This document shows, one piece after another, positions 53,390 through 64,000 of a stretch of DNA of 64,000 bases. The notes under the pieces are model-generated. The model saw nothing but the letters and a program-made list of their open reading frames with translations, was not told the DNA's origin and made no database searches. This DNA is from Eledone cirrhosa. Taxonomy: Eukaryota. The stretch covers positions 67,518,001 to 67,582,000 of the forward strand of contig OZ024741.1 of NCBI GenBank assembly GCA_964016885.1, in the 5' to 3' direction. The translations under genes were made by a program, and so were the position numbers. How positions within the stretch are numbered: position 1 is the first letter of the stretch; every line of letters starts with the position of its first letter.

Positions 53390-55697
53390 AGACGGGGTCC
53401 GTATTTGTTAATGAAGTAAGATTCCTTGCTGATGCGCTGGGTGTGGGTGGCATTATCTTTAAATTTGTAGAGGGGAAAGATTCTGAAGTTGGGATAATTT
53501 TGGGCGGCGCAGGTATCAATGTGTTCACTCAGTGGTATTTTCAGTATTTCCGTATTTTAATTTGGGATCTATGGACAGTCATGCGTTGGCGGAGGCTGTT
53601 TTTGGTCTGGCCTATGTATTGTTCTCGACAACCTGAACAAGTTAATACATATATTAAATTTTCCGATGCACATGTGAAATTGTGTTTTACTATAAAACGT
53701 TGTCCATCTTTGAAATAGAATTCCGAACCCTCTATTAGGTTGATGCAAATGCCACAGTTGGGTCTATCGCATTTTTTTACTGTGGGTTTCGTTGTTGTGG
53801 TTGGCAGTACTTTGGCATGTGTTAAGATGTTTTTCATTGACTTGGATTGTCTTTTGCTCTTTATGATATCGTGTGTTCGTAGAATTTGGTTCATTCTATG
53901 GTCCTTTTTCAATACAGGGATGTTCTGGAGGATGGTGTCAAAGGCCTCGTTGTTGAGGGGGTTGTGTGTGGAGATGTATGGAAGAGCTTTTAGTTTTGGT
54001 TGATTTACTTTAGGGTGTCTAAGGTCCTGGGTACTGAGTTTTAGGGCACGTTGGATTCCATTGTCAATTAGTGATGCAGGGTAGTCCCTGCCTATGAGTG
54101 TGTCCTTTAGTTCTTGTAGCCGTAAGTAGCAGATGTTTTTATTGGAGAATATAGTACAGATTCTCTTGGCTAAGTTGTAGGGAATATTAATTTTAACGTG
54201 TCTAGGGTGGCAAGAGTTGAAGGGGAGGTATTGCTTGGAGTCTGTGGGCTTGTAGTATATGTCTGTTTCTATTTTCTTGTTATGGATCTTAATGAGGATG
54301 TCGAGGAAGGGGAGTTGTTGATGGCTGTATTCCATCGTGAAGTTAATATTTGTGTTGAGCCCATTTATAAGGGTGTGAAATTCTTTAAGTTTTTCGATGT
54401 TTTCGTGCCAAAGGATGAAGCAGTCATCTAGATATCGCTTCCAGTTCCTTTCAATGTGTAAGTGGAGGGTGTTTCCAAATTTGTTTAGGACTTTAGTGTA
54501 GAGGGTGATTTACAGGTATCCCATGACTAGGTTGGCATACGTAGGGGCTGTTTTCGTTCCCATAGCGGTCCCAGATTTCTGCCTGTAGGGTTTGTTATTG
54601 AAAACGAAGTAATTGTTCTCCAAGATAAATTTGAGTCCCTCTATCACGAATTCTTTTTTGATGCGTTGTGGGAGTTCATTGTGGAAGTTATCCAGCCAGA
54701 ATTGGATAGCTTCTATTCCTAGGTTGTGGGGGATGTTGGAGTATAGGTTGACTACATCGAACGTCACTAGTAGGGTTTGTTCAGAAAGTGGCATATTAGG
54801 GAGGTGATTGAGCATATGTAGGTCGTCCCTTATATAGCTTTTGATGTGCTTGAGGAAGGGTTTGAGAAGGGTATCAATGAAGTTGCTAAGACGGTGCGTT
54901 TCGCAAGCGTGGCCTGCTATTATAGGTCTTAATTTGAGATCATTGGGTGAGGGGACATTGATGACTATGTCTGTGGCTTCCTTGCATGCCTTACTGATTG
55001 ATTCGCTTTTATGTACTTTAGGGATACCGTAGAAAAGGCTGGATTTACTTGTGAAGTCTGTGATGAAGCTGAATTCCTTGTTAGTGAGTCCTTCTTTGTA
55101 TTGGTTGATTAGAGTTTTTAGGTTTCTCATAATTTTCTGTTGAGTGTAGTGTTCAGCCTTTTCGTAGTATGTTTCGTTTTCCAAAGTGGAGAGCGCTAAG
55201 TTGATATAGAATTCTGTCTCCATTAGGACTACTGTACTCCCTTTATCAGCCTCTTTAATTGTAATGGTTCTGTCGGTTTTTAATCTATTTAATTCTTCCC
55301 ATTCTTTCTTGTTGAGGTTTGGCTTGTGTTTTTGTCTGTGCAAGTGTTGGTAAGGGAAGTTTGTGATGTGTTCACAGAATTCGTCCAGGATTTTATTTCT
55401 ACCTTTTGAAGGGGTGTAATTGCTTCTATTTCTGGCTAATGATTCATCCTCATTGTACTGGTCGAATAGTTGTTCACTAAGTCGTAACTTTCTACAGAAG
55501 TCTGTGATGTCTTCCTTCATTTCATAGTAGTTAGGACGTAGTGGGGTCGGTGTGAATTTAAGACCTTTGGAGAGTAAGTTGATAAGGTTGGGTGTTGGTT
55601 CTGCACTAGTAAGATTGATAATTTTTATTACTATCGGTTTCTCCTCCCTGTCTTGTGTTATTTTGTTTGCCTGTATCTGTGTGCTGTGTCTAAAAAA
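53390..55697 (-). pseudogene. RT + GIY-YIG ORF of element H (one nonsense codon at 54510, stop/frameshift at ~53541)
   Basis: IINLTS..LLSKGLKFTPTP, KEADKG, FYGIPKVHK, LRPII, TFDVVNLYSNI, GTAMG, RYLDD, CDRPNCGIC, LIYVLTCSGCREQYIGQT. Confidence 0.92.
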
Positions 55698-56160
55698 TGG
55701 TTGGGGTAGAGGGGTTGTCTGCTGATGTTAAGTGGTCTCCTGTGTTTGTTATATTCCTTGTTGTTGTAAAATGTGGTTCGGGTTGGTGGTTGTAGATTGA
55801 ATGGGGTGTTCCTGTACTGCGAGTATGGGTGTGTGTTTCTATGTGCCATGTTGTATTGTGGTGTTATAAGTGGCCTACGTTGTTGGTTGTATCGTGTGGT
55901 GTGGGTTTGTTGTGTATTGTGGAAGTGAGAGTTGAGAAAATGGTAATTACCTTGCTGTCCCCTTGAGGCGGGGAAGTTGTTGCATCTATCATGGCGGTGG
56001 TATCTTTTCCCTATGTTTGACGATGAGGAATCCGCGTAGTAGTTGAGTGATTTGGTATGGTGTCTCCTTGAAGGGGGAAAGTTGTAAATGTCATTCTGGG
56101 GGAGATGATTTCTTGGGTTTTTGTTCCTTCTTATGGTAGCGAGGTTGGGAAGTTCATCTT
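55658..56160 (-). CDS. Putative upstream ORF1 of element H (5'-truncated; N/H/R/Y/P/T-rich)
   Basis: The frame of ORF 55658..55849 stays stop-free back to the inversion junction at 56160 (~167 codons). It ends NHFLDTAHRYRQTK*; element A ends similarly at 1-46. Confidence 0.6.
55691..55697 (-). promoter_or_regulatory. Candidate -1 ribosomal slippery heptamer U_UUU_UUA (alternatively a TTTTTTAG splice acceptor)
   Basis: ORF1 codons CAT TTT TTA GAC; the -1 frame CCA TTT TTT AGA runs into the RT ORF. Confidence 0.5.
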
Positions 56161-56230
56161 CTTAATAGCCATTTGACACACATCGCTGGTGGCTATTGTC
56201 GCAGCATCGAACACCTTACTACTACTACTA

Positions 56231-56308
<78 letters not shown>

Positions 56309-56785
56309 TTGTTGTGAAAGAGTCATTTCTCAATCTTGGCGCAAAACCAATTTTTTATCCACATGACCTCTACCGACCAATCAAAATTGTTTTGACCAAT
56401 AATTTTTGCTGGAGCCACTTTTCTAACATTTTAACGTAAAAACAGTCTTGGCGCAAAATCAACTTTTTACATTCACATGACCTCTACCGACCAATCAAAA
56501 TTGTTTTGACCACAAGCATTTTTGCAACACAAAAATAACGCTGGAGCCATTTTTTTAACATAAAAACAGGTAGAATTCCCAAAACTAATCAGATCAGAGC
56601 AAACAGCGCGGACACTCTATCTCAAAATTATTTTTGAAAAGCATTTAGAAATGCGCAACCGGTAAAAACTTAAAAACTTAAAACCACAACTGAATACTAA
56701 CCCATACAATCACTAATACTCTTTTATTCCTAATTAAACCATTTTTCAACTGTGAACAATTTGTCAGCATTTTCTATTCCGTTTA

Positions 56786-56865
<80 letters not shown>

Positions 56866-56868
<3 letters not shown>

Positions 56869-57440
56869 GTTGCAGGTGTTATATCACAGTTTTCCTTCTC
56901 CTAGAATTCTGCCTTGACAAAGGCTATGGGGTCATCTCTCCCGGTGATTTTGGATGGCCATTGACTCTTAAGAGCTCCTTTGCCCTTTGGTATCCAATGA
57001 TGTTGACTTGTTATTCTTTTTGGTAAATATCATCTTGGTTAAGAGAGTGGGGCTGGCTTTGTGTAGTGCCTTTGCTCACTATAAAAGCTTCACGGCACAG
57101 GCATTGCTTTATATCTGGAGATCTCTCTGCACTTGTCGTTACATGGTACCATGGGTCCAGCACTATGTGTCAATAATTGTCACAAGTGTTGTGTTTGTAC
57201 CAGAGTTTTCAAGTAGCTGGCTGGACTAAAATGTCACACTCGTTCAGCGCATCGGTAGGGGGTCTCCTACATCAATATAAAGTAGTGGCCGTACTCGAAA
57301 ACGAGTTGGCAGCCACCATGTATATATATATATATGTGTATGTATGTATGTATATATATATCCGGGAGAGATTACCCCTTAGCCTTTGTCAAGGCAGAAT
57401 TCTAGGAGAAGGAAAACTCTGATATAACACCTGCAACCCT
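56866..57440. mobile_element. ~80-bp inverted repeats (56866-56944 / 57362-57440) enclosing an RTE-like LINE 3' fragment
   Basis: The arms are reverse complements. The interior encodes CCVCTRVFK*LAGLKCHTRSAH and ends ctcgaaaacgagttggcagccaccatg, as at 40516-40541. Confidence 0.7.
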
Positions 57441-57649
57441 GATGTGTATATATATATATATATAAAGAAGAAATATGAGGAGGAGGAAGAGGAGGAGAAG
57501 GAGAACAAGAAGAATGAGGCGGATGAAGAGAAGAAGAAAAAGAACTGGCACTATCAGAGTATGGACGGGGAAACCCTCCTCTCTGAGAACGGAAATGACA
57601 AATAAAAGCACATACAGAACAAAATAAAATAAAGAAAATAGGATTAATT

Positions 57650-57842
57650 AATTGTTTCTACTTTTGGCAAAAGGCCAGCAATTATCCCAGTGTAGTACTG
57701 GTACTTTATTTTATCGACCCCGTAAGGATGAAAGGCAAAGTTAACCTCGGAGGCATTTGAACTCAGACCGTAAAGGGCCGTAACTCTTTGCTGCAAAGCA
57801 TGGCGTCCGACTCTCTACCGATACTGCCAACCCACCACCCTT
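57650..57842 (-). mobile_element. Full-length tRNA-derived SINE with TSD aataggattaa
   Basis: Reverse SINE core and head; TSD at ~57637 and ~57843. Confidence 0.87.
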
Positions 57843-58431
57843 AATAGGATTAAATAATGCTCTATAAGTAGCAAGTAATTGTAATGGTAAATTTGATTAT
57901 TGGATACAAAATACATTGTTTAAATGACAAAGACTATTTCAGAAATACATTCATAATGTTACGAAAGAGATTGTAAATTCAATCATCAGCTGCAAATGGT
58001 ATCACTTGAATTCGAAACACTGCTTCAGAGCTCTACAAAAGAAAGCGTGGACAAACGTACAATGGACCACGTGATTGATTTCAAGCATGGTGCACGTATT
58101 ATTATTTTTTTTTATTTTTTTTTACTAGAGGTAGACTATTTAAACTGGCGTAGTTGCCACTGAAGAGTGTTGGTGTGAGGTTGGCAGCGAAAGTAGTCGG
58201 TGTAAATTTAGAAGTGTGAATTATCGGTGCATCTACTTCTTCCGTTCTAAGAAAGTTGACTAGCTGGGCAGTCTTGCGGTTTCCCAGCTGCTGACTTTCA
58301 GCTGCTGGAGCTGTGTTGTAGTCGGAGACCGTATTTTTCAACATATCATATTTAGCGCGGTACTCCGTCAGTTACGACGACGAGTGTTCCTATTGATGCA
58401 GTCAACGGAATAGCCTGCTCGTGAAATTACC

Positions 58432-58800
58432 GTAGTACTGGTCGTTCACCGACAGGTTTGTGGTCGTGCCCTTGGCAGTGGAAACTTCTGGTGTCCTTGG
58501 CCCTAGGTCTACCTCTCTACTCACCACCATAGGCGCTGAGCTGGCCAGCCGTAGGTGTGAGCCTCGCGAGAAGGAATGGCTCTTCTAGCGCATCTCTCTT
58601 ACCATCCTCCGGGGAAACGCCTTCTCCGTTCTCTCCGCCGGGGCTGTGGGGAGGCCAGCAAGTGGGACCCCATTCGCTCACCATACAGAGAGATAGAGGC
58701 GATGACAGCGGAAGTTTGGCTCTTCCACGTTCGGACTCTCGGTCTTGTAGGTAATATCATTATTTTTTTCTTTTGAAGAATGTATTTTTGTGTGCAATAG
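58432..58800 (+). mobile_element. 3' fragment of a CRE-like non-LTR element (restriction-like endonuclease C-terminus)
   Basis: VPLAVETSGVLGPRSTSLLTTIGAELASRRCEPREKEWLF*RISLTILRGNAFSVL matches the P.A.ET.G..G..QR.S....RGNA pattern. Confidence 0.7.
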
Positions 58801-58804
58801 CAGC

Positions 58805-58952
58805 CTATCGCCAAGTGGTTGAGCATTCCACAAACACACGTACCCATAACATAGTTCTCATGGAGGGAGATTCAGTGTAACACGGAATGTGACAAGGCTG
58901 GCCCTTCGAATTACAGTTACATCTAATTTTGTTGCCAGGTGAGTGGACTGGA
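58805..58952 (-). mobile_element. SINE-like repeat body; probable other part at ~58365-58430
   Basis: gtgacaaggctggccc..gaattacag..gccaggtgagtggactgga. Recognised from memory as an octopus-type repeat, not verified. Confidence 0.5.
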
Positions 58953-60384
58953 CCCACAACTTTAAACAAATGAGAAGAAAATAGTCCACTATTGATAGGA
59001 ATAGTTAATAAATAGAAACAAATCAACAAAAGAGAGGAGAAGGGGAAGGTAGTATTAAGGTAGCAATATACAAAGGTATATAAACAATACAAAACGAGTC
59101 ATTTCAAAACATAACCTATGCTGTTTAAAAAACGAAGAAAAAAACCCCTCTCCAATAATAAATCGATCGATAAAAACAATCTATACCCATCTATTAAAGA
59201 TATACAATGAACTTCCCAGAGCCAGTGTTATTATCTGAACAGGTTGAGAAACTAATGTAACTTGTTTCAGAAGAGGTGTCATATAAAATGGTTAACGTCT
59301 ATCATAAACATTCGCCTAATACAGCAAAATAAATAATAAAAATAATGCGAAATGTAACAATTATAGTATACTCCGTACTGTCTTTATAATTATTTTATTG
59401 TGTGAGGCGATTCTTTATGTGTATATGTAATAATCAAATGTACCATTAAAATTACTGGACACCTACACAGCATGACTTAATCCTATCATCCTATGTTTTT
59501 CTTTTTTGTTAAGTATGTCCTTATCTATCTATCTATCTATATATGTATATATATATATGTTTGTGTGTGTACATATATATTTGTTTATATGCATTATAAC
59601 ATTTTAGTCACATTGTAATCATTCATTTGTATGATAAGTATATCTACAAAATCAATTGCAATGTATAAATCATTTTTAATAGAAAATGAAAGATACAGAG
59701 GTTTAGATGATTTGTAGGGAAATACAATCATAGCATACCTTCATAATATATCTAACACTCCTGAACACCATAAAAGAGATATATGAATTAGAAAAAAGAA
59801 CAGGAAACTAAAAAAAAAAATCCAAACATACGAACGAATTTAAGGAGATGCATAATATACAATAAAACAAAGATATACAAAATAACAAGGACAGATATAG
59901 AAAAAACACACATAATACATTAAGAAACTAAAACAAAACAGTTGACCTCATAAAAACAAAGTGAAACGCCTACAAACCAATGAACACATCATAAGAGGGA
60001 CCGCAGTAGGAAACACGGCAAAGTTAAAAATGCATAACCAGCCACACATAAAATAAATATGCCTTCACAACAATGAAAATACCAGAGAACACATAATATG
60101 GAATAGCAAGACCGAAACATATAGAGAGAGAAGGTAGAGGAAATTCCCAAAAGGATGAATACCACTCAACATATTATTGAATCACCTACCAATATATCCA
60201 GTCACATCAAAAAATATACACAATGGATCTCACATTTAAAAATATATGAAATAAATATACATATCACAAAAGATCCAACCAAGCTAACGCTGAAGAAAAC
60301 AGAAAATATAATGATAACCATGAATCAAAGGAAATCTCTGCCTAAACTAATGGTAAAGATGTAAAAGGGTAAATACCCACTTGG

Positions 60385-60665
60385 GTCACGAATGTCCATG
60401 GGATTTGCACCTAGAAAGTACTGCTCCGAGGCACAAGTCCGGCCAAGGTTGTTTGTGGAAGACCAGCAGTCGTCCATGCATAACAGTCTCACCTCTCCAT
60501 ACCACCGAAGTTATCCAAAGGAAAGGCAAAGGCTGATACAGCTTCGTTTTAGTGACGGCGCAACTCATTTCTACAGCGACGAGAAATATAGGACACAACA
60601 CACAGCCTTGGCCGGGAATCGAACTTACAAACTCTCGATTATAAGCCAAAATCTTTAACCACTAA
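60385..60665 (-). mobile_element. tRNA-headed SINE-like repeat
   Basis: Minus strand: tagtggttaaag A box, gttcgattccc B box, tgtgttgtgtcct. Confidence 0.65.
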
Positions 60666-60811
60666 TGAAAAAAAATACATAAATGTAATATGATTCTGAA
60701 ATTAACTCTCTCCGCAGAATTAGAGTTGAAGACAGGGAAAAGATGGACAGAGACGTCTCCGAGGCTAAATTTCCCGTCACATTAGTCTATTTCGTAATAA
60801 GTTTTCATAAT

Positions 60812-61022
60812 GGTTTTTGATTTAGGCTCAAGGCCCACAATTTTGGTGGGAGTGGGGGCGTCGATTAAATCAATATGTTTCTAGTATTTTATTTTATAGA
60901 TCTCGTAAGGATGAGAGACAAGGTTAACCTCAGCAGGATGTGAAGTCAGAACGTAAAGGGATGTAACTCTATGGTATAAAGCATGTTGTCCGAACGCTTT
61001 ACCGATACTGTCAAACCACCGG
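60812..61022 (-). mobile_element. Old tRNA-derived SINE copy
   Basis: cgtaaggatgagagacaaggttaacctc..ccgatactgtcaaaccacc. Confidence 0.7.
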
Positions 61023-61119
61023 CCTTGGCAGATTTTCAAAGTTAAACAAATAAATGTTTGACTTTCAAACTTATCTTCTTTGTAGTAAAGTTAAACGAAT
61101 GGATATATTTATATATATA

Positions 61120-62970
61120 TTTATTAAAATAACAGATTAAAGTTTAAGCAAAGAATCGCTGCTTTCACCCTTAACGGGATCTTCTGAAACTAACAAAGTC
61201 AATCTGTAAACGCAGAACTGGATATTTCAAAAAACGTTGCAACCGGAGGAAGACAGGAAGACGATATTTTGGTTCGTGGTAACGTTCGCTGGCAAAGAAC
61301 GGGAAAAAACGAATAATACGTCATTAATAGGAGCGGTGAAAAACAATTACGCGCAAAGACAGAACCACGTTTATGGTATAAAAGAGGTCGTAGACTAATG
61401 TTCTCTTAGGTGGTGCATAGAGACGTTCTCTGGCAATGAACGAAAAAACGAAGATAATAAGTCATATGTGGAGCGTGGAGAACAATAGCAGGCAAAGACA
61501 AAACCACGTAAATGGTATAGCAGAAATCGTAGACTAAAATTCTAACTAGGAGACCAAATGAATCTCCGCTACAGAGTTAAGAACAAAGTAAATAAATACA
61601 AAGATAATAGAAACAAATAAATACATACACGCAAACAGATACGTACATACACAAGCATACGCAAAACCTTACCATGGGTATTCAAAACCACGCACATATA
61701 AATATGTGTGTGTGTGTATGCTTGTGTACAAATAAATAAATAATTATATAAACGTATATAAGTAAATAAATACGTATATAACAAGCGCACACGCATACCT
61801 ACATATAAATACACGAATGTTCGGAGACGTAAGTCAACTAAAACAAGAAGTACACATATACACACACCCACCATACGTACGAACCTGCACACTCACGCGG
61901 ACGCCAAACTCCCGTATACACATAGCCAAACCCTAAAAACCAGAATATGTAAAAATTATACGCTATAACAGTCAAATATACGTACGAGAAGGTATACATA
62001 CCTTCACAAAACATACGGGTAATATATACTTACCTATGCAAATACGTAAAGGAATAATCAAAACATATACTTAGCTCCCACATCAAGACGTAAAATATCC
62101 ACGTATAGATCGTGCTATCCGTTAGGGTATAACGTGGGGCTGTAATACAGGAAAGTTTTGTGCAATTTATGTTTACAAGCCGAAATGCCTCAGATTTTTT
62201 GTTTAAGATGTGGTCTGTAGCGTAGAGTATTTCCAGGGCCTCAGCGGCGCAGAGGTCACATGGTCTTTTATTTCCGTTATACGATCTAGCCCTAGCTAGG
62301 ATCTCCCAGTGTAACTTATATTGGGTGTGGTTGTCTTTTAGACTCCAGATATAAGCTGAAAGTGACGTCATATTCCTTCTTAGAGGGTAACGAAAAGAAT
62401 GGGTATGCATGTAAAGACGCTGCTTGCAACTATTGGCGGTTAACCCTATGTAGGCCCTACGGGACGTGGGTGTTACAACCTTACATTTGTAGACAATGTT
62501 ACTAGAGAGGCATTTCCCGGATAGGGGGCAAACCACCCGATTCCTACAATTACAGTTAGTACTACCTACAGGGTTGCACGTGTTCCTACGGCTAGGTAGT
62601 TTAGCTAAATTTGAAGCTGTGATGTTATGTGCAAGGTTAGGAGTCGTAGAGTAAGACATTTTAATAGTATTTCTATTAAAAATCTTACTATATTTATGTG
62701 TAGGGGGAAAATGCTTCGTAATAAGGGAAAGAAAGATCTTAGCTAATGGTGTGGCCACCTCCATATTATATGGTGGGTTAAACCAACAAATGCGACGGGA
62801 TCTATTTCTTCTAGGTCTATTTTCGTACTCTGTATATGCTACCTTATCGACAAATCCACTTCGAGCAAGAGCTTCATTGTAATAAGTGGAAGGTTCTTAT
62901 ATATTTGATATATATTTTCCTTATCGAGCCCTCTTTGGATTTTAGTCTTCAATTTTATTATTATTACTAT
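61120..62970 (-). mobile_element. Hydra-like PLE family E: body 61120-62890 (-) plus inverted tail 62891-62970 (+)
   Basis: ORF 62030..62764: KHFP..KIFNRNTIKMSYS, CNCR..CPLSGKC, IVY..YIGLT..KQRLYMH, HWEIL, CDLC; no RT core. Confidence 0.9.
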
Positions 62971-62971
62971 T

Positions 62972-63011
<40 letters not shown>

Positions 63012-63757
63012 CAGAAAGTTCAGATCACAAGCCAGCTGCTTGAGAAACATTTGTAACTAGTATTCAGCAATACATCTCCTATGTAACACCTCCAATTTGT
63101 TCTTTAAATATATATATATATATATATATATAAACTTTAAAAATTTAACAAAGATAGGACAAGACAACGAACGAAAGCAAGGCAAAACGAATTTTTTTTA
63201 TAAGTGGGAACCAGGGATATCGGCCGTTGAGATAGACATTGGCAGTTTCAACGTCTACGAACCCCACCCTGGGTCACAGCGTCAACACACATTAATGCAC
63301 TGTCCAGTGGAGTAAAAGACAAGGCAAAACAATAACTTATAGCAATTAAGCAATGACAAGTACATAAAAAATATCTATATACTACTAAAACTCTACAATT
63401 GCTTGCTTGCTTGTCTGTAATGTAATACAGCAAAGCGGGTGCATAATGGGAAAATACTTTGAACGAAAGTTGACCCTGAAATGGGATTATAAATGGAATA
63501 AAACAAGTTTCGCATGAATTGGACCACGGGTTCCCGAGATATGGGGTTTTTCCGGGTACCTTCATCAACAGAGAGAGCGAGAGAGAGATAGGGATAGAGG
63601 TTGTGAGTGAGTAGATTGAAAGAAAGACATAAAGAGAGGGAGAGGAGAAGGAGAATGGAAGAGAGAAAGAGAGAGCTGGTGGTGTTGTTTTGTATATATA
63701 TATGTGAGTGTGTGTGTATGACCAGTGTATATAGATTACAGACACCCACATATATAC

Positions 63758-63789
<32 letters not shown>

Positions 63790-64000
63790 GTGTATATACA
63801 CACATTTATATATATACATACACACACGAATATATATGAGCCTTCCAGTTTCATTTCACATTATATACATGTCTGTGTATATTTTAATTATTTTAAAATT
63901 ATCTTTAAGTGAACATGATTTTAAAAAAATATTTTGAAGTGAACATTACCCCACGGGTCACGTGTGGTCTAGTATATATATATAATTTATTTGTGTTCAC

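Noticed and set aside
53541-53543. TGA in element H endonuclease (and TGA at ~985 and ~1934 in A) as possible selenocysteine codons, as reported for some Naiad PLEs
   Set aside because: The TGAs align to Arg or Gly codons or to frameshift sites in the sister copy, not to conserved Cys, and are not shared between copies.

Overview
AT-rich, microsatellite-dense eukaryotic (metazoan) DNA. The (TA)n/(CA)n/(GA)n load and SINE types suggest a cephalopod such as Octopus, which is inference. I found no host exon I can support. By my coordinates over half of the window is Penelope-like retroelements (PLEs; RT plus C-terminal GIY-YIG endonuclease) of at least three lineages. These are a Neptune/Naiad-like type with a CxxxxCxxC linker (1-2760, 48340-50745, 52234-56789), a Hydra-like type with YRDD, CNC..CPL..C and CxLC (2771-11893 with 6171-11460 nested inside, plus three copies of a second family), and a Penelope/Poseidon-like tandem plus inverted array (12082-21453). 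Nearly every PLE insertion sits in (TA)n and presents an element 3' end at BOTH borders: one long end with a tail and one fixed short end. This gives fold-backs from about 170 bp to about 9 kb. Their termini carry about 20 minimal type I hammerhead motifs, several with non-canonical cores, including a compensatory U3:A8 swap. One Neptune/Naiad-like copy shows an upstream ORF overlapping the ATG-less RT ORF in the -1 frame at a correctly phased U_UUU_UUA heptamer. The rest is decayed RTE-like and CRE-like LINEs, tRNA-derived SINEs and simple repeats.
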